A DNA stretch of 64,000 nt from an uncultured Candidatus Saccharibacteria bacterium. GTDB lineage: Bacteria; Patescibacteriota; Minisyncoccia; Phycocordibacterales; Phycocordibacteraceae. The translations under genes were made by a program, and so were the position numbers. Of this stretch, positions 19,527 to 27,617 are shown in pieces. The notes beneath the pieces were generated by a model, which was given only the letters and a program-made list of their open reading frames with translations, had not been told where the DNA came from and ran no database searches. The number at the start of each line of letters is the position of its first letter. Position 1 is the stretch's first letter. Where the stretch lies: positions 55,599 to 119,598 of the forward strand of contig CAYHLC010000001.1 in the NCBI GenBank assembly GCA_964357395.1, written 5' to 3'.

Positions 19527-20208
19527 AATCATTCCTGCAGTCTTGCCACACTCGCACGCTGATCTATTGATGAGACTCGGCATGCTCCGCGGTGCGCCGG
19601 GCATTGGCAAGGGGGCGCTCATGGTGCAGCTGGACCTCTGTGACGGACTGTTTGTCCCCACGCGCACGTGGCCGTTCAACCCTGCTGACCGGGCCAGCTT
19701 CGCTGAGATAGTTACGGGGGACGAGGGGTTGCCGTACTGGGAGGACTTCAACTATGAAGTCGACTTGATGGCGCACCAGCCAGAGAGCCTATTGCCAAAC
19801 TGGATCGCAGCAGGAGTATCGCGCGCGGTGGTGCACCTCGAGAGTCGACACGACTGGGAGGCGCTGCGAGACGCAGCGGGGCAGACTGTGGAGTTGGGAC
19901 TCGCTATCGATCTCGACCCGCCATTCGATCGCCTTAATAACTACTTGCCAAAGATCGACTACCTGCAGATCATGGGAATCTCACACTTGGGGAGGCAAGG
20001 TGAGGAATTAGACCCTCGTGTGTATGAACTGGTGAAGCGCATCAGAGCCGATTTCCCCGATGGTACAATCCAAATTGACGGCGGAGTTACGATAGACAAC
20101 GCACCGGAGCTAGTCGCAGCCGGCATAGACCGACTCGTCGTAGGCTCGAAGATTGTAGGGGATGATGACCCACGCCGCGCCCTGAAGGAATTCCAAAACA
20201 TAGCATGA
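19519..20208 (+). CDS. rpe: Ribulose-phosphate 3-epimerase-like TIM-barrel protein
   Basis: 229 aa. VQLDLCDGLFVP resembles the Rpe HxDxMDGxFVPN motif. C-terminal IDGGVT. ATGA overlap with rpiB and with the transketolase N-terminal gene. Confidence 0.55.
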   Translation: MIEIIPAVLPHSHADLLMRLGMLRGAPGIGKGALMVQLDLCDGLFVPTRTWPFNPADRASFAEIVTGDEGLPYWEDFNYEVDLMAHQPESLLPNWIAAGVSRAVVHLESRHDWEALRDAAGQTVELGLAIDLDPPFDRLNNYLPKIDYLQIMGISHLGRQGEELDPRVYELVKRIRADFPDGTIQIDGGVTIDNAPELVAAGIDRLVVGSKIVGDDDPRRALKEFQNIA

Positions 20209-21068
20209 CCTATCTAACCGAAGACAAGGAAAAGTCACTCGTTGCCAAGGCGGCCGCAATCCGCGAGACGGTTATTACGATGCTCGTCGAGGCGGGGTCG
20301 GGACACACGGCGGGCCCCTTGGGGATGGCGGACATCTTTGCCGCATTCTATTTCCATATCCTGAACCACGACCCAAAGAAGCCGGACTGGGCAGACAGAG
20401 ACCGTCTCGTACTCTCTAACGGTCACATCACCCCGGTGCGCTACGCTGCTATGGCACACGCAGGCTACTTTCCTGTAGAGGAGTGTATGACGCTGCGCAA
20501 GTTCGGCTCGCGCCTCCAGGGCCACCCAGAGCGGGAAAAGTTGCCAGGCGTCGAGACTACCTCGGGCCCTCTCGGCCTTGGCCTCTCGCAAGCAGCTGGG
20601 ATCGCATACGCTGCACGCATGGATGGGAAGAAGTTCCGTACCTATTGCCTTATGAGCGACGGCGAGCAGGCGGCAGGGAACACGTGGGAGGCCGCGATGT
20701 TTGCTGGCAACAACAAGTTACACAATCTTACCGCCATCATTGATCGCAACAATATCCAGATCAACGGTATGACGGAGCAGGTGATGCCCTTGGAGCCCCT
20801 CCGCGATAAGTACGAGGCATTTGGTTGGCACGTCTTAGAGATCAATGGGCACAACATGGAGGAGATAGTCGATGCGGTAGAGACTGCGAAGGCGATATAT
20901 GAAAAGCCAACGATGATCATCGCCCACACCATCGCAGGAAAGGGGATACCAGAGATTGAACTCGACTTCCGCTACCACGGGTATGCCCCCGGTGGGAAAA
21001 AAGAAGCAGAGGAGCTCTTAAAAAAGCTGCGATCAGCTGGAGGCAAAGTCGAAGGCGAATATGCTTAG
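20205..21068 (+). CDS. tktA: Transketolase, N-terminal (thiamine diphosphate-binding) subunit of a split enzyme
   Basis: 287 aa. GSGHTAGPLGMADI and SDGEQAAGNTWEAA ThDP-binding motifs. Confidence 0.9.
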   Translation: MTYLTEDKEKSLVAKAAAIRETVITMLVEAGSGHTAGPLGMADIFAAFYFHILNHDPKKPDWADRDRLVLSNGHITPVRYAAMAHAGYFPVEECMTLRKFGSRLQGHPEREKLPGVETTSGPLGLGLSQAAGIAYAARMDGKKFRTYCLMSDGEQAAGNTWEAAMFAGNNKLHNLTAIIDRNNIQINGMTEQVMPLEPLRDKYEAFGWHVLEINGHNMEEIVDAVETAKAIYEKPTMIIAHTIAGKGIPEIELDFRYHGYAPGGKKEAEELLKKLRSAGGKVEGEYA

Positions 21069-22044
21069 TAACAACACCAACCCAAAAGTTTTTGATCCCA
21101 AGGTGGAGTCGGCAGCGACGCGCGATGGGTTTGGGAAAGGCGCGGTCGAGGCGGGCAAGAAGGACGAGCGGGTAGTGGTGCTCTGCGCCGACCTCGCAGA
21201 GTCGACACGGGCAGAGTGGTTCCAAAAAGAGTTTCCCAATCGCTATATCGAGATCGGCGTTGCAGAGCAGAACTTGGCCGCGGTTGCCTCTGGCATGGCA
21301 AACTATGGCAAGATCCCGTTCATCACCTCGTACGCCGCGTTCAGTCCTGGCCGCAACAACGAACAGATCCGAACGACAATTTCACTCAATAATCTTCCAG
21401 TGAAAGTTTGTGGTATGCACGCAGGAGTCTCTGTTGGTCCAGACGGCGCGACGCACCAGGCGCTCGAGGATATCGGCCTTATGCGTATGCAGCCAAATAT
21501 GAAAGTGATAGTACCCGCGGACGCCGAGGAGGCGCGGAAGGCGACATACGCGGCCGCGTTCAACAACTCGCCAACGTACCTGCGGTTTGGGAGAGAGAAG
21601 ACCCCACTGATGACCACGCTCGAGACACCATTCGAGATAGGTACGGCGTACTACTTGTGGAAGAACGAGGCGCCGCAAGTCGTTATCATCGGTTGCGGCG
21701 CCATCCTCTTTGAGGCGCTGAAGGCGGCGCGGGACTTGGAGGCGCTCGGGGTGCGCGTTTCAGTACTGAACAGCCACACTGTTAAGCCACTCGACGGCAA
21801 CGCGATACTGATGGCGGCAGCGGAGGCGGGGAGGATAGTGACGGTAGAGGAGCACCAAGCAGCGGGTGGGCTCGGGAGCGCAGTTGCCGAGTTCCTTGCA
21901 GAAAATAGGCCCGTACCGATAGAGATGGTGGCCGTCCGCGACCGCTTTGGACAATCCGGCACGATGGCGGAGCTGTATAAGGAGTATGGACTGGACAGCG
22001 CCGCTATCATGGCCGCTGTCCAGAAAGTCATCAAGCGGAAGTAG
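21061..22044 (+). CDS. tktB: Transketolase, C-terminal (pyrimidine-binding / C-terminal domain) subunit
   Basis: 327 aa. IEIGVAEQNLAAVASGMA and C-terminal domain. Overlaps the N-terminal subunit gene by 8 nt. Confidence 0.9.
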   Translation: MLSNNTNPKVFDPKVESAATRDGFGKGAVEAGKKDERVVVLCADLAESTRAEWFQKEFPNRYIEIGVAEQNLAAVASGMANYGKIPFITSYAAFSPGRNNEQIRTTISLNNLPVKVCGMHAGVSVGPDGATHQALEDIGLMRMQPNMKVIVPADAEEARKATYAAAFNNSPTYLRFGREKTPLMTTLETPFEIGTAYYLWKNEAPQVVIIGCGAILFEALKAARDLEALGVRVSVLNSHTVKPLDGNAILMAAAEAGRIVTVEEHQAAGGLGSAVAEFLAENRPVPIEMVAVRDRFGQSGTMAELYKEYGLDSAAIMAAVQKVIKRK

Positions 22045-22045
22045 T

Positions 22046-22684
22046 ATGAAGATCTACGTTATACGACACGGCGTTACAGAACTAAATACGGAAAAGGTCC
22101 GCCAGCACATGGAGGGGTTCTTGAGTCAAGAGGGTGTCGCGCAGGCTCGCCTCCTCGGCGAGCGCTTATCCTCGATACCAGTCGACACCATCTTCACCTC
22201 GCCATACCCGCGCGCCAAGCAGACCGCGGACATCATCTCCGCTTTCCACAAGCAACTGCTGGTGCAGGAGTCCGAGTACCTCGTCGAGGTACGCTACCCA
22301 TCAGAGGTGTTTGGGCAGCCGAAGGAGGACCCCAAGAGTATGCGCATCATCGAGACGGTGCACGACCACTTTGGCGAGCCAGGCTGGCGCTATTCGGACG
22401 AAGAAACATTTGATGAGTTTGTGGGTCGCGCACGCACCGTCCTCGAGTACATATCGAAAACCGGGTTTCAGAACGCGGTAGTCGTCTCGCACGAGCGATT
22501 CATACGCGTCCTTGTGGGCGTCGTACTCCTTGGCAAGCACTTCACGCCAGACACGTTCCGCACGATGCGCAAGAACCTGTATGTTTCGAACACCGGCATC
22601 ACCGCCTTTGAGGAGCAGAAGAGCGATACGGGGCATTGGAAGCTGAGCACCCTAAACGACCACGCACACGTGCGCACTATCTAG
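22046..22684 (+). CDS. Histidine phosphatase family protein (phosphoglycerate mutase-like)
   Basis: 212 aa from MKIYVIRHGVTELN (RHG catalytic motif). Later VVVSHERFIRVL. Confidence 0.75.
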   Translation: MKIYVIRHGVTELNTEKVRQHMEGFLSQEGVAQARLLGERLSSIPVDTIFTSPYPRAKQTADIISAFHKQLLVQESEYLVEVRYPSEVFGQPKEDPKSMRIIETVHDHFGEPGWRYSDEETFDEFVGRARTVLEYISKTGFQNAVVVSHERFIRVLVGVVLLGKHFTPDTFRTMRKNLYVSNTGITAFEEQKSDTGHWKLSTLNDHAHVRTI

Positions 22685-22685
22685 T

Positions 22686-22874
22686 ATGCATAACCCAAAC
22701 ATTCATACGTCGATTGGTGTCATGCTCGCCATGCTCCTTTCCTTGTGCATTCTTGGGTGGCTCTTGTATGCAACGTCAGACACGGTCGAGGAGACCGTCC
22801 AGGTTGGTGGAGAGGGGATACGGAAAGCGCAGGAAGTTAAGCTGGAGATCGAGTCACAGTCTCTTCCAGACTAG
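22686..22874 (+). CDS. Hypothetical small membrane protein
   Basis: 62 aa. One TM helix. Convergent overlap with the kinase gene. Confidence 0.25.
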   Translation: MHNPNIHTSIGVMLAMLLSLCILGWLLYATSDTVEETVQVGGEGIRKAQEVKLEIESQSLPD

Positions 22875-23814
22875 CCCTACTCTGCAATCCTCGCTGAGCG
22901 CCGATGTCCTGCACGACGTGCGCTGCATTGATAAGTCCACGGAACATCGCGTCCTTTAGCGGCGTACCAGTGGCAAAGAACACGCAGGTAGTCGCTGTAA
23001 ACGCGTCTCCGGCACCGGTCCGCTCTGTAGGCGGCTTGATGTCCTTGAACATGGGTAGGTGGATGCGCTCGCCGTTGTCGAGCGCGTAGGCGCCATTCCT
23101 ATCGTCCGAGACGACAACCGTCTTAGGGCCAAGTGCGTGGAGGCGCTGCATCAGCATCGGGACGTCGTCCTCAGTTTCGGTGAGGCCAAGGATCCGCTGC
23201 GCCTCCTCCTTGTTGACTACAAAGAGGTTGGCACGCTGGTATAGGCGTTTGAGGCGCTCGGCACCAAGCTTCATTTGGAATGTGCCAGGCTGGAAGCAGA
23301 AGAATACATTTGGATGCGCCTCGAGATAGGTAGCGATTTGGTCGTGGTATACCTCTGTCCCCGCTGCGAGAGAGGAGAGGTAGATAATCTTCGGCTCAGG
23401 CATATCGGCAGGGAAGTGGTAGTCGTAGAGGAAGTGGTTGACGAGGATGGTGCGCTCGTCCTCGTACCAGAGGACATAGTGGTAGTTAGTTGGCGCGCCC
23501 TCCTGCTGGACCTCATAGGTGGTGTCGATACCCTCGGCCTTGTGGGCAGCCAATATCTTGTCGCCATTCAGGTCCTTACCAAAGGTGGTGACGAACCCAG
23601 CCTTGAGGCCAAGCCGAGCTGCGCTAACGGCAGCGTTTGCTGCGTTGCCGACCCCATAAATAATGGTCGATGATTCGAACGGGACCTTGTCGCCAAAGCG
23701 GAGGCAGAGCTCGCAATCCTCGTGATCTATCTTGCAGTGGGATGCCGCATCCTTGAGGCGAATAAAGTCGTCTACGACGGTGTCGCCAACGGCCACGAAG
23801 TCCAGGTTTTGCAT
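22837..23814 (-). CDS. PfkB-family carbohydrate/nucleoside kinase (ribokinase-like)
   Basis: About 325 aa from MQNLDFVAVGDTVVDDFI. C-terminal ERTGAGDAFTA (DTxGAGD-type ATP motif). The annotated ORF extends to 23949, but its N-terminal 45 aa lack coding character. Confidence 0.8.
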   Translation of the reverse strand: MQNLDFVAVGDTVVDDFIRLKDAASHCKIDHEDCELCLRFGDKVPFESSTIIYGVGNAANAAVSAARLGLKAGFVTTFGKDLNGDKILAAHKAEGIDTTYEVQQEGAPTNYHYVLWYEDERTILVNHFLYDYHFPADMPEPKIIYLSSLAAGTEVYHDQIATYLEAHPNVFFCFQPGTFQMKLGAERLKRLYQRANLFVVNKEEAQRILGLTETEDDVPMLMQRLHALGPKTVVVSDDRNGAYALDNGERIHLPMFKDIKPPTERTGAGDAFTATTCVFFATGTPLKDAMFRGLINAAHVVQDIGAQRGLQSRASLEETVTRSPA

Positions 23815-23853
23815 AACGCCAGTATACCCCGTGGGGCACGGTACTATGGGACC

Positions 23854-24384
23854 GTGCGGAGGAGGAAACAAAAAATTGCGATTGTGATGTCGGGCGGCGG
23901 ACTTCAGTGTGCCTATGGTGCTGGGGTGTTGGTTGCGCTTGCCGAGCACTATCGCTTTACTACACCTGACATATTGATCGCAGCTTCTGGTTCGGCCGGC
24001 ACCGCCGCGTACTACCTGTCAGGGCAAAAGAACAAAATCCCGATGGCATGGATCTCGCTCGCCACAGACAAAAAGCTCGTGTCGTTGTTTAGGAAACGTG
24101 CATTTGATATCGACTACTTGGTGGACGAGGTATACAAGCGAGTACACCCCCTCAACCTCAAGAATATTGCAAAATCCAAGACCAGATTCTTGCTCCCAGT
24201 ACTTCGTGTTCGTGATGGAGCGCTCCAGTACTTGCGCGTTAGGGATAATGCAAAGGCATTCCAGATCATCAAGGCATCAATGGCAGCGCCGTTTATTAGC
24301 GGACGCAAGGTCAAGGTCAATCACAGCTACTACATTGATGGCGGGTTTGGCCCCACTATCCATGATTTTACCATGATTTTATGA
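23854..24384 (+). CDS. Patatin-like phospholipase
   Basis: Glycine-rich oxyanion motif IAIVMSGGGLQCAYGAGV. Nucleophile elbow ASGSAGTAAYY (GxSxG). Catalytic Asp in YIDGGF near the C-terminus. Probable GTG start at 23854, because the upstream ATG at 23722 would overlap the divergent kinase gene by 90 nt. Confidence 0.65.
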   Translation: MRRRKQKIAIVMSGGGLQCAYGAGVLVALAEHYRFTTPDILIAASGSAGTAAYYLSGQKNKIPMAWISLATDKKLVSLFRKRAFDIDYLVDEVYKRVHPLNLKNIAKSKTRFLLPVLRVRDGALQYLRVRDNAKAFQIIKASMAAPFISGRKVKVNHSYYIDGGFGPTIHDFTMIL

Positions 24385-24719
24385 CGTATGCGGTAACAAG
24401 GGGAGCTACGACTGTCATACTTGTTGCCACCCGTACCGACTTTAGTGCTATCGCAAAAGCTATGTTACGTGCCACCGTCTTGCCACGCAATCCTCTCAAA
24501 CAAAAGAAGGCATTTGTGCTGGCAGCACAAAAAGCGCTCAAGCTCGGGAAGATCTTTGTTCCACCAAATAATGCGAACCTGATCAGCATTGTTCCGAGCA
24601 AAATGCTACCCATATCACTTATCAGCGGCTCCAGTACTAACTTGCGAACTGCATTCAATCAGGGGTACGAGGATACGGTCAATAACCCAGAGCTCGAGGA
24701 GCTTTTCTCCACTAAATAG
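24381..24719 (+). CDS. Hypothetical protein (ATGA-coupled to the patatin-like gene; possibly its detached C-terminal part)
   Basis: 112 aa. No recognisable motif. The patatin-like ORF ends unusually soon after its DGG motif. Confidence 0.3.
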   Translation: MTYAVTRGATTVILVATRTDFSAIAKAMLRATVLPRNPLKQKKAFVLAAQKALKLGKIFVPPNNANLISIVPSKMLPISLISGSSTNLRTAFNQGYEDTVNNPELEELFSTK

Positions 24720-24734
24720 CTTTATACTTAGTGG

Positions 24735-26378
24735 ATGGCAGTTGCAGATGATCTCAAAAAAGTGATACAGGGCGAGGTGGACGCGTCGGATCGGGCGCGG
24801 GATATCGCAAGTAGGGACGCATCGCTCTTTCGGGTAGTGCCCGAAGTGGTAGTGCGGCCCCTGGGCACGGCCGACATCCAGGCGCTGGTCCGCTACGCCG
24901 GGAAGAACAAGGGAGTCTCGCTCACGCCACGCGCCGCTGGTACCGACATGTCCGGCGGGCCACTGACCGCATCTGTCTCCGTGGATATGCTGCCGGGCTT
25001 TACTAAGATACTCGAGGTGGGCCCTTCGGAGCTCGGCGGCTTCGCTATCACTCAACCTGGGGTGTATTTCAGAGACTTTGACAAGGCGACCAAGGAACAC
25101 GGGCTCGAGCTCCCGAGCTACACGGCGAGCAGGGAGATCTGTACCGTAGGCGGTATGGCAGCAAACGATAGCGGTGGGGAAAAGAACCTGAAGTACGGCA
25201 AGACCGCGCGGTATGTAGAGGAGTTGGAGGTAGTTCTCGCCGATGGGGAAGTGCATACGCTGCGGAACCTCGAAGGCGAGGAGCTGTGGAAGAAACTGAA
25301 GGAGGTCAGCTTCGAGGGCGACCTGTACCGCGCAGTTAGTACGCTACTACAAGAAAACAAAGACACTATTAAAGAGCGAACGCCGGTAGTGCACAAAAAC
25401 TCATCCGGCTATGCGCTCTGGGACATTGGAGATGGGATAGAGAGGCTGAACCTCGCACGCCTGTTCGTCGGCTCGCAGGGGTCGCTCGGCATTATCACCA
25501 AGATCAGGTTTGGGTTGGTCAGGCCAAAAAAGTTCGCAGCAATGACGGTGCTGTTCGTGAAGAGCTTGGAGGAACTCGGCTCCCTGGTCCCCAGCGTCCT
25601 TGCGTACCAGCCAGACTCGTTCGAGAGCTACGACGACAACACGTTCCGCCTCGCGGTGAAGTACTTCCCCGAGTTTGCACTGCAGATGAAAACCGGGATC
25701 ATCGGACTCGGGTTCGCGTTCCTCCCGGAAGTATTCATGCTCCTTACAGGCGGCGTTCCCAAGTTGGTGCTGATGGCCGAGTTCCGCTCCGACTCGCAGG
25801 AGGAGGCAACGGGGCGTGCCGAAAAGCTGGCAAGTGATATCCGCATGGCGCACAAGCATGTACAGGTACGCGTAGCAGCGAATGAGGCCGCAACACGGAA
25901 GTACTGGACCGTGCGCCACGAGAGCTTCAATCTCCTTCGCAAAAAGGTGCGCGGCAAGCGGACCGCGCCCTTCATCGATGACTTTGTGGTCCCGCCACTA
26001 TCGCTCCCGGAGTTCATGCCGCAGCTCGAGGCGCTACTCAAGGAGTACAAGCTGACCTACACCATTGCGGGGCACGTGGGGGATGGCAACTTTCATATCA
26101 TCCCACTCATTGACCCAAAAGACCCCACCATGGCCCGCGTTATTGAGGAGCTGAGTAAAAAAGTATATGACTTGGTCCTTAGGTACCACGGCTCTATTAG
26201 TGGGGAGCACAATGACGGCTTTATCCGCACCCCGTTTGTGGAGGCCATGTTCGGACCGAAGATGTATGAGCTCTTCCGCAGGGTGGAGCACATCTTCGAC
26301 CCACAAGATATCTTCAACCCCGGCAAGAAAGTCGGCACCACCTTCGCCTCCGCCAAAACTTACCTCGACCTCGGGTAA
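24735..26378 (+). CDS. FAD-linked oxidase (GlcD / D-lactate dehydrogenase family)
   Basis: 547 aa. FAD-binding PCMH-type domain (VVVRPLGTADIQALVRYAGKNKGVSLTPRAAGTDMSGG). C-terminal oxidase domain HVGDGNFH. Confidence 0.85.
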   Translation: MAVADDLKKVIQGEVDASDRARDIASRDASLFRVVPEVVVRPLGTADIQALVRYAGKNKGVSLTPRAAGTDMSGGPLTASVSVDMLPGFTKILEVGPSELGGFAITQPGVYFRDFDKATKEHGLELPSYTASREICTVGGMAANDSGGEKNLKYGKTARYVEELEVVLADGEVHTLRNLEGEELWKKLKEVSFEGDLYRAVSTLLQENKDTIKERTPVVHKNSSGYALWDIGDGIERLNLARLFVGSQGSLGIITKIRFGLVRPKKFAAMTVLFVKSLEELGSLVPSVLAYQPDSFESYDDNTFRLAVKYFPEFALQMKTGIIGLGFAFLPEVFMLLTGGVPKLVLMAEFRSDSQEEATGRAEKLASDIRMAHKHVQVRVAANEAATRKYWTVRHESFNLLRKKVRGKRTAPFIDDFVVPPLSLPEFMPQLEALLKEYKLTYTIAGHVGDGNFHIIPLIDPKDPTMARVIEELSKKVYDLVLRYHGSISGEHNDGFIRTPFVEAMFGPKMYELFRRVEHIFDPQDIFNPGKKVGTTFASAKTYLDLG

Positions 26379-26385
26379 TAAAAAG

Positions 26386-26406
26386 TACCGAGGTTTCGCC
26401 TCGGTA
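26386..26406 (+). other. Perfect 8-bp hairpin just after the oxidase stop
   Basis: taccgagg-tttcg-cctcggta. No T-run follows. Confidence 0.35.
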
Positions 26407-26469
26407 TGCCGCTGCTCGACACAGTGCCATTTCGGTGGTAATTTTCGTCGACTGACAGTTGTCGGATAC

Positions 26470-26838
26470 ATGCAACGAGAGCACAACGTAACATTTGCTG
26501 CAGCGAAGAAAATGGAGGCAGGGTGCCCCTCGTTCACCGAGGACAGCTACTCACACTTAGCCAACAGCGGACGGCTAAGCGATGTGTTAGCTGAGATCCA
26601 AGAAGAAGGTGAGTCACCGGCGACCATTGCGGATCTTGAAGATCTCAAGGATTGGCTTAACGCTCATAAGAACTCTCCTGAGGCAAAGGGATATGGACGC
26701 GGCTATTACTTTGCCTTTGGAACCGTTGAGGGTAACCGCAGTGTTCCATATCTATACAGGAGCGGCGGCTCGTTCTGCATTCTTTGGAGCGGCCTTTGGT
26801 ATAGATGGAATGACGGTTATGCCGCGCTTCTGCACTGA
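26470..26838 (+). CDS. Low-confidence hypothetical ORF in an otherwise gene-free 500-nt gap
   Basis: 122 aa. Somewhat lower GC (~53%) than its neighbours. No SD and no family motif. The only long ORF in the gap. Confidence 0.2.
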   Translation: MQREHNVTFAAAKKMEAGCPSFTEDSYSHLANSGRLSDVLAEIQEEGESPATIADLEDLKDWLNAHKNSPEAKGYGRGYYFAFGTVEGNRSVPYLYRSGGSFCILWSGLWYRWNDGYAALLH

Positions 26839-26867
26839 GGCGCTTGAGGTAGGTGGCATCCGGAGTC

Positions 26868-26896
26868 TTGGCAAATAAGGGTCTTTCGGCTATACT
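26868..26896 (+). promoter_or_regulatory. Sigma70-type promoter of rplY with a near-leaderless start
   Basis: TTGGCA (26868-26873), 17-nt spacer, TATACT (26891-26896). ATG at 26906 lies only ~3 nt past the predicted start. Confidence 0.4.
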
Positions 26897-26905
26897 CGGG
26901 GAACT

Positions 26906-27577
26906 ATGGCAGCTATGGCCCTGAAGGCAGCAAAGCGCACTACCCTCGGAAAGGGGGTCTCTGAGCTGCGCGCTGGCGGGGATATGCCAGCAGTAGTCTA
27001 TGGCCCAAAGCAGGAGTCGCTCTCTATTACGGTCAACCAGCGTGAGTTTGAGAAGGTCTTCAAGACTGCAGGCGAGTCGACCGTCGTGACGCTCAACGTC
27101 GATGGCGACGAGATCAACACCCTGATACACGAAGTAGACTTCGACCCCGTGAGGAGCACCGCACGACACGCAGACTTCTTCGCAATTGTTAAGGGCCAGA
27201 AGGTGCAGGTCATGATCCCACTCGAGTTCGTCGGCGAGTCTGCAGCAGTGAAGGCGGGTGCGAACCTTGTTAAGACGCTGTACGAAATTGAGGTTGAGGC
27301 AGATCCGATGAATCTTCCACACAATTTCGAAATAGACATCTCGGTACTCGCCGAGGTTGGAGCGCAGATAACGGCAGGGGATATCAAGATTCCTACCGGC
27401 GTTGAACTGGTTACCAATCCTGAAGACGTTGTGGCGCTCACGGCGGAAGCCAAGGAGGAGGAGCTCGATACACCTGTTGTTGGTCCAGACATGGAGGCTA
27501 TCGGCGACTCTGAGAAGCGTGGTAAGTCTGAGGAAGAGACTGTTGCTGAGGGTGGCGAGGAAGCCAAGGCCGAATAA
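26906..27577 (+). CDS. rplY: Ribosomal protein L25 / general stress protein Ctc (long form)
   Basis: 223 aa. N-terminal L25 beta-barrel (LKAAKRTTLGKG...PAVVYGP). C-terminal acidic Ctc-type extension. Confidence 0.85.
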   Translation: MAAMALKAAKRTTLGKGVSELRAGGDMPAVVYGPKQESLSITVNQREFEKVFKTAGESTVVTLNVDGDEINTLIHEVDFDPVRSTARHADFFAIVKGQKVQVMIPLEFVGESAAVKAGANLVKTLYEIEVEADPMNLPHNFEIDISVLAEVGAQITAGDIKIPTGVELVTNPEDVVALTAEAKEEELDTPVVGPDMEAIGDSEKRGKSEEETVAEGGEEAKAE

Positions 27578-27617
27578 TTGGTCACGCGCTGCGCGTGAAT
27601 AACGTTATACTGGGAGC

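Noticed and set aside
26167-26469. First 100 aa of ORF 26167..26838
   Set aside because: Overlaps the 3' end of the FAD oxidase gene out of frame, with Ser/Pro-rich low-complexity translation.
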